In this document: piece after piece, positions 16,688 through 26,181 of the stretch
How positions within the stretch are numbered: position 1 is the stretch's first letter
Layout of the letters: each line of letters starts with the position of its first letter
Origin: a virus
IMG/VR virus record: IMGVR_UViG_3300027917_000034
Location: 17,892 to 81,891 of that record
DNA length: 64,000 nt
Reading direction: 5' to 3' (one strand)
Notes under the pieces: model-generated
What the model saw: the letters and a program-made list of their open reading frames with translations, nothing else
The model's database searches: none
What the model was told of the DNA's origin: nothing
Program-made: the position numbers and the translations under genes

Positions 16688-17752
16688 ATGGACGTTGGCG
16701 AGATCCGACAATTCCTGCATGCGCTGGGATGCCAGAAGATTTCGGTCGGGACCAAGTGGGTGCGCTCCACATGCCCTATGGGGCACCTTCACGCGGGCGG
16801 AAAAGATCGGCAGCCCTCGTTCGCCATCTGCATAGACCCTGGCGACGAGAGCAACTGTCGGTGCCAGGCGTGCGGCATTTACGGCGGGCTCATCCCCCTC
16901 GTGTGGCGCATCTCAGCCGATGGAAGGCGGCCACGGCCTGACCTGTTCGACTTCCTGGTCAAGCACAATCAGATGGACGTGGAGAAGCTGGACCTGGACC
17001 CACCGGAGCCGGCCCCGGACGACCTGGAGGGGCAGATACGAGCGGCGCGGAAGTACGTGCCCAACCCCAAGCGCAAGAGCAAATTCGTCCACCCGGACGA
17101 CGAGCCCCAAGCCGAGGTTCCCGAGGACGTCCTACGGCAGATGATCGCGGACATGCCGGACTACGTGCTCGACTACCTGACCAGGAAGCCGGACCCGATC
17201 ATGGGGGTCGATGGGAGGGGGTTGGAGCCGCTGACGATCGCGGAGTGGGAATTGGGGTGGCACAAGGTCAACCGGCGCGTCTGCATTCCCATCCGAGATG
17301 AGGACGGCAAACTCGTGGCGATCAGCGGGAGGGCATTCGAGGATCAACAGCCGAAGTACCTCCACAGCCGATTCAAGCGGGACCGCGTACTATTCGGGGA
17401 GCACAAGCACGATGCGACCGTTCGCTCTGGCTCCCTGTTCGAGGGCTTCTTCCAGACCATCTACACGTGGCAGTACGGCTACGTGAACACCCTTGCTCGG
17501 ATGGGCACGCACCTGAGTCGGCAGCAGTCCGAGAAGCTGGTCCGATGGTTCGATCACCTGCTCATCGTACCGGACGGAGATGCGGCCGGACGCAACTCGG
17601 CCGAGCAGATACGGGACACCCTGGCAGCCCTCGAAATCGACGGTCACAGGATAGAGCAGATCGACATCGCTCCGATGCCGAACAAGAAAGACGCCGACAC
17701 CCTGAAACCTGAGAAGTTGATAGAGGTTATGGGGCCTCGAAATAGCGCTTGA
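16688..17752 (+). CDS. dnaG: DNA primase (Zn-binding + TOPRIM)
   Basis: CP..H..C.AC Zn domain; SGR, KYLHS, EG, DGD.AG, KD. Confidence 0.88.
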   Translation: MDVGEIRQFLHALGCQKISVGTKWVRSTCPMGHLHAGGKDRQPSFAICIDPGDESNCRCQACGIYGGLIPLVWRISADGRRPRPDLFDFLVKHNQMDVEKLDLDPPEPAPDDLEGQIRAARKYVPNPKRKSKFVHPDDEPQAEVPEDVLRQMIADMPDYVLDYLTRKPDPIMGVDGRGLEPLTIAEWELGWHKVNRRVCIPIRDEDGKLVAISGRAFEDQQPKYLHSRFKRDRVLFGEHKHDATVRSGSLFEGFFQTIYTWQYGYVNTLARMGTHLSRQQSEKLVRWFDHLLIVPDGDAAGRNSAEQIRDTLAALEIDGHRIEQIDIAPMPNKKDADTLKPEKLIEVMGPRNSA

Positions 17753-17777
17753 CAATCCCGGGGCTACCGGGTAGTTT
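17749..17777 (+). promoter_or_regulatory. sigma70-type promoter
   Basis: TTGACA-N17-TAGTTT. Confidence 0.65.
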
Positions 17778-17825
17778 GCAAGATGCCGTGTAGGCAATGA
17801 GCGGCCTTGGGCCGGGAGGTGACAG

Positions 17826-18494
17826 ATGACGATCCGAACGAATTCCGTCCAGCAGTGCGACCGCTGCCTGAAACCATTCAAGGAAGCACACCTGAAAGCA
17901 GGGGACGCAGTGCCCGCTTTCAAACAGAAGGGCCTTGTCGTCACGGAGACGACTGGCACGAACAAGGAAGAGGAGCCGAAGTACACGGTCCTGTTCTCGT
18001 TCGATGACCTGTGCCCTGCCTGTGAGAAGGCGGTGGACGGGCTTCTCAAGAAGCTCCGTCTCGACGGCGCCACCGCGAAGAAGTCTCGGAAGCGACGATC
18101 GAAGAAGAAGACGGAAGAGACTCCGCCCAAGCCGCCGGAGTACACCGAAGATCCTCCGGCCGAGGCCGAGGCCGAGCCTGCCGAGGAGCCCCCGGCGGAG
18201 AAGCCGGGACCGGATGGCGAGCCTGCCGCCTCCGAGGGCGAGCCCCAGGAGAGCCAGGAGTCCAAGGACACCACGGACGAGGATTTCGAGGAAGCCGCGA
18301 AGCAGACCGACGCGGATGTGGCGGATGCCGAGGCGACGGAAAGCTCCGATGGTGGCAACGGAGCGGAAGCAGGTTCCGACGACAACCTCGTGGAAGACCC
18401 CGCTACCGGCGACAAGTACGACCCCGAGACCGGGGAAGTCGTGGTGCGAGGAGACAAGGGACAGAACGGGGCGCCGGAAAAGCACCCCTTCTAG
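17826..18494 (+). CDS. Zn-binding protein with long acidic disordered tail
   Basis: CDRC...DLCPAC; GGAGG RBS. Confidence 0.7.
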   Translation: MTIRTNSVQQCDRCLKPFKEAHLKAGDAVPAFKQKGLVVTETTGTNKEEEPKYTVLFSFDDLCPACEKAVDGLLKKLRLDGATAKKSRKRRSKKKTEETPPKPPEYTEDPPAEAEAEPAEEPPAEKPGPDGEPAASEGEPQESQESKDTTDEDFEEAAKQTDADVADAEATESSDGGNGAEAGSDDNLVEDPATGDKYDPETGEVVVRGDKGQNGAPEKHPF

Positions 18495-18538
18495 GCCGGG
18501 TGGCCACATAGCGATCACTGGATCGAGAGGAGAGAACC

Positions 18539-19342
18539 ATGGGTGACGGATCTTGGTACGAGACTGGTTTCGATGGGATCGGTGACGAGGAGCGGCGTCT
18601 GGACGAGGCGCAAGGCCCGCACCGGCTCTGGATTCCAGGCGGAGCGTCGAAAGACATCGTGTGGTGCGACGACGAGCCCGTGTGCATCCACGAGCACAAC
18701 CCGAAGATGAACGGCAACTACCGCAACTGGCTCACCTGCCAGCAGGGAGTTTACGACGAGGTGGTGTGCTGCCAGAAGATCGGTCCGAAGGGCCGCTACT
18801 ACGTCGGCTACCTGACCGGCGTGGACTGCTCCGAGTGGAAGGATCAGCGAGGCAACACGCACCAGTACGAGATGCGGCTGGTTCCGATGAAGCTGCGCTC
18901 GCTCAAGAAATTCCGCCGGAAGAAGGACGACCGGGGCTCCATGGTCGGGACCATGTGGTCCATGCACCGCGAGGACGACAACGCGGCGTCCATCGGAGAC
19001 GATTGGGACTTCCAGCGCGACGTGGACATGGAGAAGATGTTCGATTACGTCAACTATCGGGGGTCGCTCCTGTCCGAGATGTGGGAGCAGGCCGAAGGCG
19101 ACCCCGAGCAGATGGCCCGCGTGCTGCGGATCTTCCAGATCAAGCCGGATGAGGAGGGCAAGCTCCCTCGCATCATCCCGCCGTTCAACTACATGGAGGT
19201 CTTGAAGCCGAAGACCCCGAAGGAGATGCGACTGCTTCTCGGCGCCGTCCAGGACGACGACGAGGACACGGGCAGCCGGCGCTCCTCGGGCTCGTCGGGT
19301 GGCGGGGGTGGGGCCGCGAAGCAGGACGACGTTCCCTTCTAG
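18539..19342 (+). CDS. phage single-stranded DNA-binding protein (gp32-like)
   Basis: His/Cys cluster, aromatic-rich core, Gly/Ser linker, C-terminal DDVPF. Confidence 0.7.
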   Translation: MGDGSWYETGFDGIGDEERRLDEAQGPHRLWIPGGASKDIVWCDDEPVCIHEHNPKMNGNYRNWLTCQQGVYDEVVCCQKIGPKGRYYVGYLTGVDCSEWKDQRGNTHQYEMRLVPMKLRSLKKFRRKKDDRGSMVGTMWSMHREDDNAASIGDDWDFQRDVDMEKMFDYVNYRGSLLSEMWEQAEGDPEQMARVLRIFQIKPDEEGKLPRIIPPFNYMEVLKPKTPKEMRLLLGAVQDDDEDTGSRRSSGSSGGGGGAAKQDDVPF

Positions 19343-19375
19343 GCTCCCAAGGACGATGGTGATAGGGGCGTGTCT

Positions 19376-19483
19376 CCCGCGCCTTCCTCGGGTTGGCCAT
19401 CCGAGGAGAAGCCGGTTGGCAGGGGGTAGCACAAAGGGCGCAAGCCCCCGCGCCTTCCACGGGTCGGCCAGCCGGGGAGAAGC
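19376..19483. repeat. imperfect 37-bp direct repeat x2 with internal hairpin
   Basis: 19376-19412 vs 19447-19483, 4 mismatches. Confidence 0.75.
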
Positions 19484-19644
19484 GGGATGCCGCAGGGGGC
19501 ACTGGATTTGAAAATCGGGTAGGAGTCGAGGGCGAGGATCAGTGGTGGAGCAACCGCGCCATGGAGCGGCCACTCGGCCACCTCGCTAGCGGGGATTGCT
19601 GGGCGACTCCAGCGGTGGGTCCGGGTGGAGGCACCGCACTCATA

Positions 19645-19659
19645 GCGACCAGTGGTCGC
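19645..19659. promoter_or_regulatory. 15-bp palindrome, copy 3
   Basis: GCGACCAGTGGTCGC just upstream of RBS. Confidence 0.75.
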
Positions 19660-19670
19660 AGGTGAGAGGC

Positions 19671-19910
19671 ATGGACAAGACACCCAAACTCCAATTCGTT
19701 CGCGTGTACCTCGGTGAGCAGCGTATGGACGTGGGACTCCACGATCCGACGCTGGACGACCCGCGCAGGCTCGTGAGGTACGAGTGGCACGAGAAGGATG
19801 CCACGGACACCCCTCCGGAGGACTGGTACGCAACCGTTCTCGGGGAGGTGCAGTACCAACGGGGCCAGGAATTGAAGGCGGCGACGGGGCGTCTGGTACC
19901 GAGGGGGTAG
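19671..19910 (+). CDS. hypothetical protein
   Basis: GAGG RBS; 79 aa. Confidence 0.6.
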   Translation: MDKTPKLQFVRVYLGEQRMDVGLHDPTLDDPRRLVRYEWHEKDATDTPPEDWYATVLGEVQYQRGQELKAATGRLVPRG

Positions 19911-19913
19911 GGA

Positions 19914-21254
19914 GTGGACGTCACTATTGACGGGTGGGCTTGGCTGCCCAAGACCGATCTCACACCAGACCAGATCGTGAACATGGAGCGTATGCTCACG
20001 GTCCATCCTCAGAAGGTCGGGGACTATCCGGGCGACGAGCCCAAGCCGATCCCTCTCTACCAGCACGACGGGAAGCATCGGTTTGGTGTCCCTCGTGAAT
20101 TCTTCTTCGCCAACAGGCGCCACGTTCATGATGTGGACCTCCAGGTGACGGAGGGCTCCAAGGACTGGTGGCCGGCGGAGTTTGTCGGCACCCTCCGGCC
20201 GGAGCAGAAGGTCGCCACGAACGAGGTGGTGTCCATGTTCCGGGCCGGGCGTCTCGGCGGCATCGTCCAGGCGAAGCCCGGGTGGGGCAAGACGGTGGCC
20301 GCGCTCGCCATCGCTGCCGAGTTGGGGTTGCCCACGCTCGTCGTGGTCCACAAGGAATTCCTCATGGACCAGTGGACGGAGCGAATCGAGAAATTCCTTC
20401 CGGCGGCGAAGATCGGGCGTGTCCAACAGAACGAGTGCGACTTCCGAGGTAAGACGGTGGTGATGGGCATGGTTCACTCCCTCGGCGGAGACCAGCCCTA
20501 CCCGGACGACCTGTGGGAGTGGCCGGGACTGCTCATCGTGGACGAGTGCCACCGGATAGGGGCTCGCACGTGGGCGCCCGTGCCTCCGAGGTTCATGTCC
20601 AAGTACCGTCTCGGGTTCACGGCGACCCCGCGCCGCAAGGACGGCGCCGATGACGTCTTCTGGCAGCACATCGGGCCGATCGTGTTCGCCGGAAAAGAGG
20701 AGCGGCTACGCCCCGTGATCAAGCGGGTGTGGACGAAATTCCGCCTCGTGAAGACGGACAGGTTCAACCCCCACCTGGCCCCGAAAGCTCTCATCACGCG
20801 GTTCCTGGTCAAGAGCCGGCACCGCAATGACCTGATCATCGACCAACTGATCGCTGCTCTGGAAGCCGGAAGGAAGATCCTGGTCCTGAGCGAACGCCTT
20901 CAACACCTGACGGACCTGGAGGCCCAGCTTCGCAAGATGTGGCCAGCGGTGGCTGGGGCCATCTCAATCGGGCAGTACGTTGGCGGCCGGTCCAAGGCGC
21001 AACTCGAACGGTCGGCCGAGGCCAAGGTCATCTTCGCGACGATCCAATACGCTGCCGAGGGGCTGGACATTCCGGCCCTGGACACGCTGTTCCTTACAAC
21101 CCCCATGAGCGACGTGGAGCAGGCAGTCGGGCGCATACAGCGTCCCTTCCACGGCAAGAAAGACCCGATCGTGGTGGACTTCAGGGACGACGCTATCCCG
21201 ATGTTCGAGGCGATGGGTCGGAAGCGGGATCGCTTCTACGTGAGGGTGACTTGA
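19914..21254 (+). CDS. superfamily 2 helicase (UvsW/XPB-like)
   Basis: PGWGKT, DECH, TATP, EGLDIP, Q.VGRI.R. Confidence 0.9.
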   Translation: MDVTIDGWAWLPKTDLTPDQIVNMERMLTVHPQKVGDYPGDEPKPIPLYQHDGKHRFGVPREFFFANRRHVHDVDLQVTEGSKDWWPAEFVGTLRPEQKVATNEVVSMFRAGRLGGIVQAKPGWGKTVAALAIAAELGLPTLVVVHKEFLMDQWTERIEKFLPAAKIGRVQQNECDFRGKTVVMGMVHSLGGDQPYPDDLWEWPGLLIVDECHRIGARTWAPVPPRFMSKYRLGFTATPRRKDGADDVFWQHIGPIVFAGKEERLRPVIKRVWTKFRLVKTDRFNPHLAPKALITRFLVKSRHRNDLIIDQLIAALEAGRKILVLSERLQHLTDLEAQLRKMWPAVAGAISIGQYVGGRSKAQLERSAEAKVIFATIQYAAEGLDIPALDTLFLTTPMSDVEQAVGRIQRPFHGKKDPIVVDFRDDAIPMFEAMGRKRDRFYVRVT

Positions 21255-21279
21255 CAATCGGGGCCTATTTGGTAGAGGT
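21251..21279 (+). promoter_or_regulatory. possible sigma70-type promoter
   Basis: TTGACA then TGGTAGAGGT. Confidence 0.45.
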
Positions 21280-21285
21280 TGGGGC

Positions 21286-22086
21286 ATGCCGCGCGCCCCG
21301 AAAGCTCAGGACTATTTCCAGGAGTGGTACGACGACAACCGCGAGGACTTGAACGAGCGGCGCCGGGCTCGCTACGCGACGGACCCGGAGTACAGAAGGA
21401 AGGTCCAGAAGTGGAATCGGGAGGCCCGGGAGCGGCGCAGGAAGGAATCCGAGAAAGAGGATCGGAAGGCGAAGCGAGCGGTGAAGATCAAGACGGCAGG
21501 GTCATGGAAGACGGTCGAAATCGAGGTGGATGGCGTCATGGTACGCATGTTCACCATCGGGGCTCTCGCGCGTGCGATAGGCAAGGGCATCTCGACCATC
21601 CGCGTCTGGGAGCGCAACGGCACCCTGCCGGAGACACCGTACCGATCGAAGAAGGGAGACCGTCTCTACACGCTGGAGATGGTCGAGTCGATCCAGAGCG
21701 CGCTCCGCAAGGCAGGAAAACTCGACATCGGTGTCCTCAAAGAGAGGAAGCGACCGGCCTACGTGGAGAAAGACGTCCGGTTCAAGGGGCGGAAGAAGCT
21801 GGTCCGGATGCGGCTCTACAAGATCGGCACGCTGGCCAGGGCGGTCAACAGGACGGTGGTAGCTCTCACGCAGATGGAGAAGCGTGGTGTGCTGCCGAAG
21901 ACGCCACTCGCGGCGTCCTCGCTGGAGTACCGGCTCTACACGCTCGACATGATAGAGGTCGTGCAGTCCGCGTTCGACAAGCGGGGAGGAGTGATCCGAG
22001 GGCAGTCCGAGTGGGAAGATTTCCACGATGAGATCGTGGATGGATGGACGAGGCTAGGAATCATGGACGCGAGGTTGGAAGAATGA
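21286..22086 (+). CDS. regulator with two MerR-type HTH domains
   Basis: FTIGALARAIGKGISTIRVWER.G.LP...RLYT and YKIGTLARAVNRTVVALTQMEK.G.LP...RLYT. Confidence 0.8.
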   Translation: MPRAPKAQDYFQEWYDDNREDLNERRRARYATDPEYRRKVQKWNREARERRRKESEKEDRKAKRAVKIKTAGSWKTVEIEVDGVMVRMFTIGALARAIGKGISTIRVWERNGTLPETPYRSKKGDRLYTLEMVESIQSALRKAGKLDIGVLKERKRPAYVEKDVRFKGRKKLVRMRLYKIGTLARAVNRTVVALTQMEKRGVLPKTPLAASSLEYRLYTLDMIEVVQSAFDKRGGVIRGQSEWEDFHDEIVDGWTRLGIMDARLEE

Positions 22087-22532
22087 AGGCAAAGCCGGTG
22101 AAAGACGACCACCCGACCGCTGAAAAGCAGGTCGAACAGGACATGGCCGAGGTCGAGGAAGCGTTGGCCGACGCGGTGAGCGGGACGGTCGAGATGCGGC
22201 CGATCGTGCTTCGCGTGCGCCGCCAGTACAAGCACAGCGGCGATCTCGTCATCGACCCGGAGGAAGAGGTCGAGGAGATCCAGGTGCAGGACTTCCACGT
22301 GGACCCGGCGCATGCTGGCCTGCGTGTGAACCACACCTTGAACCTTGGCAACTTCTGGTCCCTGTCGGTCCAGGTATCGCTCGACGTGCCGTGCTACCGG
22401 GAGGAGTACGCCGAGGCCATGAAGTTTGTGGCCAAGACGGTCGCGGACCGCCTGGGAACGGAAATCGAGAAGGGTCAGGAACGTGCTTCCGAGCTTCGCA
22501 AGTCGCGCGGCACCGGATCGAAGCTGTTCTAG
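22083..22532 (+). CDS. hypothetical protein
   Basis: ATGA overlap; 'TLNLGNF.S' motif. Confidence 0.7.
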   Translation: MKAKPVKDDHPTAEKQVEQDMAEVEEALADAVSGTVEMRPIVLRVRRQYKHSGDLVIDPEEEVEEIQVQDFHVDPAHAGLRVNHTLNLGNFWSLSVQVSLDVPCYREEYAEAMKFVAKTVADRLGTEIEKGQERASELRKSRGTGSKLF

Positions 22533-22541
22533 GGAGGCACC

Positions 22542-23648
22542 ATGGCCAAGCAAGAGGACCGATTCAAGGCGCTCATGGCGAGCGACCTGATCGCGAAGAT
22601 CCAGAAGAAGCACGGCAAGAGCATCCTGACGCCGGCCAGTGACTTCCACATCCGGCACATCCCACGCATCCCCACTGGCGTCTTCTTCCTGGACTACGCG
22701 CTCGGAGGTGGGGGGTTCCCTGCCGGACGCACGAACATCGTCTGGGGCCACAAGAGCACGGGCAAGACGGTCATCTGCCTGCGGGCTATGGGCAATGCTC
22801 AGAAGCTCTGCGCCAACTGCTACACGTTCCCCGACGAGGAGACGGGGAAGTGCCAGTGTGGGGACTTCCGCGAGACCATCTGCTCGTTCCTGGACGTCGA
22901 GGGCTCGTGGGATCAGGAGTGGGCGCAGCTACACGGGGTCAACACGGAGCGAGTGCTGCTCTCCGTCCCCGAGTACGCCGAGCAAACTCTGGACATCGCA
23001 GAGGCGCTGCTCCGGTCCGGAGACGTGGACTTCCTGGTCATCGACTCTCTGGCCTTCATGACCCCGGCGAAGGAGATCGAAGAGAGTGCCGGCAAGGCTC
23101 TCCAGGCCGAACAGGCGCGTGTCCTCGGGAGAGGCATCCGCAAATTCGGCGCCGCCTTGAACCACATGGGCAACGTGACGGGGAGGCGTCCGACGCTCCT
23201 GTTCACGAACCAGATTCGGATGAAGGTTGGGCTCCTCTTCGGCAACCCGGAGACGCAGCCCGGGGGGTACGCGCCCGGGTTCTCCGCGACGACGGAGACC
23301 AAGACCTACGGCGGCAAGTACGAGATGGACGACGTGACCGGGCGGCCGATCCATGTGGACATGAGCTACAGGGTCGAGAAAAACAAGTCGTCCGGCGCTA
23401 AGATCGAAGGCGAATGGCGGCTCATGCTCGCGGACACCTCGATCAAGAAGAAGGGCGAGGTCTACGAGGAGCCCGCCATGATAGAGATGGGGATCAAGAT
23501 CGGGCTCGTGGAGAAGCAGGGGAATGGCTGGGTATGCCTCGGAGAGAAGTACAAGTCGAAATCTCTCCTGGTCAAGACGATGGTGGAGAACGCGGGCCTG
23601 AAGAAGCAGTACGGGGACACTCTGATGAGCGTCCTGACGGCGGGGTAG
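22542..23648 (+). CDS. recA: RecA/UvsX recombinase with Cys4 insertion
   Basis: IPTG..LDYALG.GG.P.GR, GHKSTGKT, VIDSLA, NQIRMKVG..FGNPET.PGG, KNK. Confidence 0.93.
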   Translation: MAKQEDRFKALMASDLIAKIQKKHGKSILTPASDFHIRHIPRIPTGVFFLDYALGGGGFPAGRTNIVWGHKSTGKTVICLRAMGNAQKLCANCYTFPDEETGKCQCGDFRETICSFLDVEGSWDQEWAQLHGVNTERVLLSVPEYAEQTLDIAEALLRSGDVDFLVIDSLAFMTPAKEIEESAGKALQAEQARVLGRGIRKFGAALNHMGNVTGRRPTLLFTNQIRMKVGLLFGNPETQPGGYAPGFSATTETKTYGGKYEMDDVTGRPIHVDMSYRVEKNKSSGAKIEGEWRLMLADTSIKKKGEVYEEPAMIEMGIKIGLVEKQGNGWVCLGEKYKSKSLLVKTMVENAGLKKQYGDTLMSVLTAG

Positions 23649-24034
23649 ACGGCCCACGGCCGAAGGCGTTCGATCCCAACTATGACCGGGCGAAGAAGTC
23701 CACGCGAGAGGAGCGCAAGGTCGCGAAGCGTCTTGGCGGGCGCACCCACAAGCGATCTGGTGGTCTCCCATGGTCGAGGCACGACCCCACGACGGCGTGC
23801 GGCGACGTCACTACTCCGGATCTTCACATAGAGCACAAGCGGGCCGAGCCCGACACCAAGTCGATAGGTGTGACTCGGGCCTGGCTCGCCAAGGTGAGCG
23901 AGGGAGCCCGGAGGCGCATGAAGACCCCGGCCATGGTGCTCCACTATGAGGGTGCCAAGGGGCACGCCGAGGACTGGCTCATGATGCCTTTGGACGTGGC
24001 GGAGCGGCTCCTGGCCGTCCTGAAAGAGGACTAG
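23534..24034 (+). CDS. PD-(D/E)XK nuclease (Holliday-junction-resolvase-like); start uncertain
   Basis: E..VAK..GG...SG...GDV...IEHK. Confidence 0.65.
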   Translation: MPRREVQVEISPGQDDGGERGPEEAVRGHSDERPDGGVDGPRPKAFDPNYDRAKKSTREERKVAKRLGGRTHKRSGGLPWSRHDPTTACGDVTTPDLHIEHKRAEPDTKSIGVTRAWLAKVSEGARRRMKTPAMVLHYEGAKGHAEDWLMMPLDVAERLLAVLKED

Positions 24035-24388
24035 ATGACTGGCAAGCCGATGCTCCTGAGAGACCTTGAACGCCTGCGCCCGCACCTGCATGTGCCGGCC
24101 TTCGATCGGGTCCGAGTCCTCATCGCGGGGGACTCCGGCAATCTCCGTCTGGACCTGGAGTGCATTGCGTGTGAGGACTTGCTAGAATGGGACGCCTCCA
24201 AGGGATGGTGGGTCTGTCCAGGCTGTCAACAAGAGACGACAGACCGAGAAGGCGCGGCCCTACTCCGAGCCTGCTACAAGGGCCTCGGAGAGGTGCTGGG
24301 CGAGACGACGGACGACGGCGAGACCGAGGATGAAGGGAAGGGTATCGGACGATGGGTACAGAAATTCATGGGGATCTCAAACCGCTGA
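24035..24388 (+). CDS. Zn-ribbon protein
   Basis: CIAC...CPGC. Confidence 0.65.
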   Translation: MTGKPMLLRDLERLRPHLHVPAFDRVRVLIAGDSGNLRLDLECIACEDLLEWDASKGWWVCPGCQQETTDREGAALLRACYKGLGEVLGETTDDGETEDEGKGIGRWVQKFMGISNR

Positions 24389-25194
24389 TCCGTAGCGCCA
24401 TTCCAGAGCAACGGAAGAAGCCCCCACTCACCAAAGACGACTGGATTCGGGTCTCGGGACTGGCGATGCTCTGCGCCCGGGAGGAAGTGCTCGCCTCTCG
24501 TCTCGGGGTCGTGAGAGACGACAACATCGACGCCGATCTCATGCTCATTTTCGAGCACGGGCACGGGCTCCACTGGGACTTGCAGAACCGTGTTCTCCCG
24601 CTGACGAAAACTCTCCTCGGTCGCTGGCTCTGCGGGGCCTGTGGGACGTACCACGGCGGGGAGGACACGTGGGAGACGCCGATGGCCGGGTTCGAGGAGT
24701 CACAGATCCTTCGCCCCCTCACCTGCCCCAACTGCGGGGCTCCCATGACGTCGGACAACAGCCTCTACCACGAGCAGTGGATCAAAGACCCTCAGTACCG
24801 CCTGGCTGGCCACCCTGACGGCTTTCTGCGCCTGGAAGGCATGCCAGGGCTCGGAGTCCTGGAGGTGAAGTCGATCAGCCCGAGAGGGGCCTACGAGGTC
24901 CGCAACTGCGCGAAGCTGGACCACGTGACGCAGGCGCAGTGCTATATGTGGATGACCGGCTGCCAGTGGGGCAAGGTGCTCTATTGGGACAAGGGCACGG
25001 TCGGCATGAAGGGCCTCATCGAACACACCATCGAGTACGACGAGGACCACGTGGAGGCCATGCAGAACCTCGTGAGGGACATCTGGTCCGGCATCGAGGG
25101 CGGCAAGCTCCCGGAGCGCATCTGTGCCTCTCCGGACTGCAACCGCGCCGACCTGTGCGCCTGCTCCGAGCCGTGCTTCAAAGAGGCTGCGTGA
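24352..25194 (+). CDS. Cas4/RecB-like PD-(D/E)XK exonuclease
   Basis: N-terminal C, G..LH, HPDG, LEVKS, Q.Q.YM, C-terminal Cys cluster; Zn-ribbon insert. Confidence 0.8.
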   Translation: MGTEIHGDLKPLIRSAIPEQRKKPPLTKDDWIRVSGLAMLCAREEVLASRLGVVRDDNIDADLMLIFEHGHGLHWDLQNRVLPLTKTLLGRWLCGACGTYHGGEDTWETPMAGFEESQILRPLTCPNCGAPMTSDNSLYHEQWIKDPQYRLAGHPDGFLRLEGMPGLGVLEVKSISPRGAYEVRNCAKLDHVTQAQCYMWMTGCQWGKVLYWDKGTVGMKGLIEHTIEYDEDHVEAMQNLVRDIWSGIEGGKLPERICASPDCNRADLCACSEPCFKEAA

Positions 25195-25631
25195 TGGACG
25201 AGCGCCACAAGGCTATCGTGGACCACCCGGCCTTCCTGCAACCTGTCCCGAAGGCGGTGTTCTTGGAGCCGAGGTTGCTCCGGCCGCTCCCCCAGGCGCT
25301 CTGGGGCATGTCCTGTTCGCACTGCGACAAGCGGCAGTCGGTCTGGGAGCACTGGCGTCCGGAAGCACCTTCCAACGCGAAGAAGGGCGACCCCATGTGC
25401 TCGCTGTGCTGGCTCTACGAGTCGGCGTGGGGGAAGGAGAGGCGTGAGGACATAGACGGAATGATCCGCGCCGTGGAGGTGCACACGGGCGAGATCTTCC
25501 GCAAGATGGACGACGGACGGCTCTGGTCATGCCGAGACGCAGATCGTATTCTGGGCGCTATCGCTGTGACGTCCAGGATCATAGCCCAGAGGGCGACGTT
25601 GCAGCGGCTCGGAGGGGGCGGTGGGACGTGA
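25194..25631 (+). CDS. hypothetical Zn-binding protein
   Basis: CSHC...CSLC; TGATG coupling. Confidence 0.65.
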   Translation: MDERHKAIVDHPAFLQPVPKAVFLEPRLLRPLPQALWGMSCSHCDKRQSVWEHWRPEAPSNAKKGDPMCSLCWLYESAWGKERREDIDGMIRAVEVHTGEIFRKMDDGRLWSCRDADRILGAIAVTSRIIAQRATLQRLGGGGGT

Positions 25632-26181
25632 AGTTTTCATACTCGGGACGGACCCCGGCTTCGCCTCTTTCGGTCTGAGCGTCGTGCAGTTGTCCCCGAC
25701 GTCCGAGATGGTGATGCACACTGACGTCATCCGGACAAAGAAGTCCCCGAAGAAGCTGAATGTGAAGGCCGCCGACGACAACTTTCGGCGGTCTCAGGCC
25801 ATCTCGGCGGTGCTCCACGAGACGGTGAAGAAGTGGCAACCCGTGGCCATCACAGCCGAGGCCATGTCGTTCCCTCGCAACGCGAGTGCGGCGGCCAAGG
25901 TCGCCATGACGTGGGGTATCCTCTCGGACCTCTGCTACATCTACCAATTGCCGATGGTCCAGGCGACCCCGCAGGAGATCAAGAAAACTCTCTGCGGGAA
26001 CAAGTCGGCCACCAAGGCGGATATCCAGAAGGTGCTTGAACACCGCTACCCTAACCAATTCCTGCGGTTCACGCAGACCCTCCCGGCCGGGCAGTGGGAG
26101 CACGGGTTCGACGCGGCGGGCTCCGTTGTGACCTGCCTGGACAGCGACGTCATCCGCATGGCAAGAGGGATGGCAGCATGA
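25621..26181 (+). CDS. ruvC: RuvC Holliday junction resolvase
   Basis: ILGTDPG, E, TPQEIKK, ATK, DAA. Confidence 0.88.
   Translation: MGREVFILGTDPGFASFGLSVVQLSPTSEMVMHTDVIRTKKSPKKLNVKAADDNFRRSQAISAVLHETVKKWQPVAITAEAMSFPRNASAAAKVAMTWGILSDLCYIYQLPMVQATPQEIKKTLCGNKSATKADIQKVLEHRYPNQFLRFTQTLPAGQWEHGFDAAGSVVTCLDSDVIRMARGMAA

Noticed and set aside
19495-19660. tmRNA, SRP or HDV-ribozyme resemblance
   Set aside because: No tmRNA T-arm/CCA end, no SRP GGAA-loop motif, and the HDV nested pseudoknot could not be built convincingly
23630-23660. RecA-nuclease fusion by frameshift at GCG GGG TAG
   Set aside because: No canonical slippery heptamer, and an in-frame ATG exists at 23534
24352-25194. Cas4-like gene as a sign of a CRISPR system
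   Set aside because: No array or other cas genes; solo Cas4-like nucleases are common in phage recombination modules
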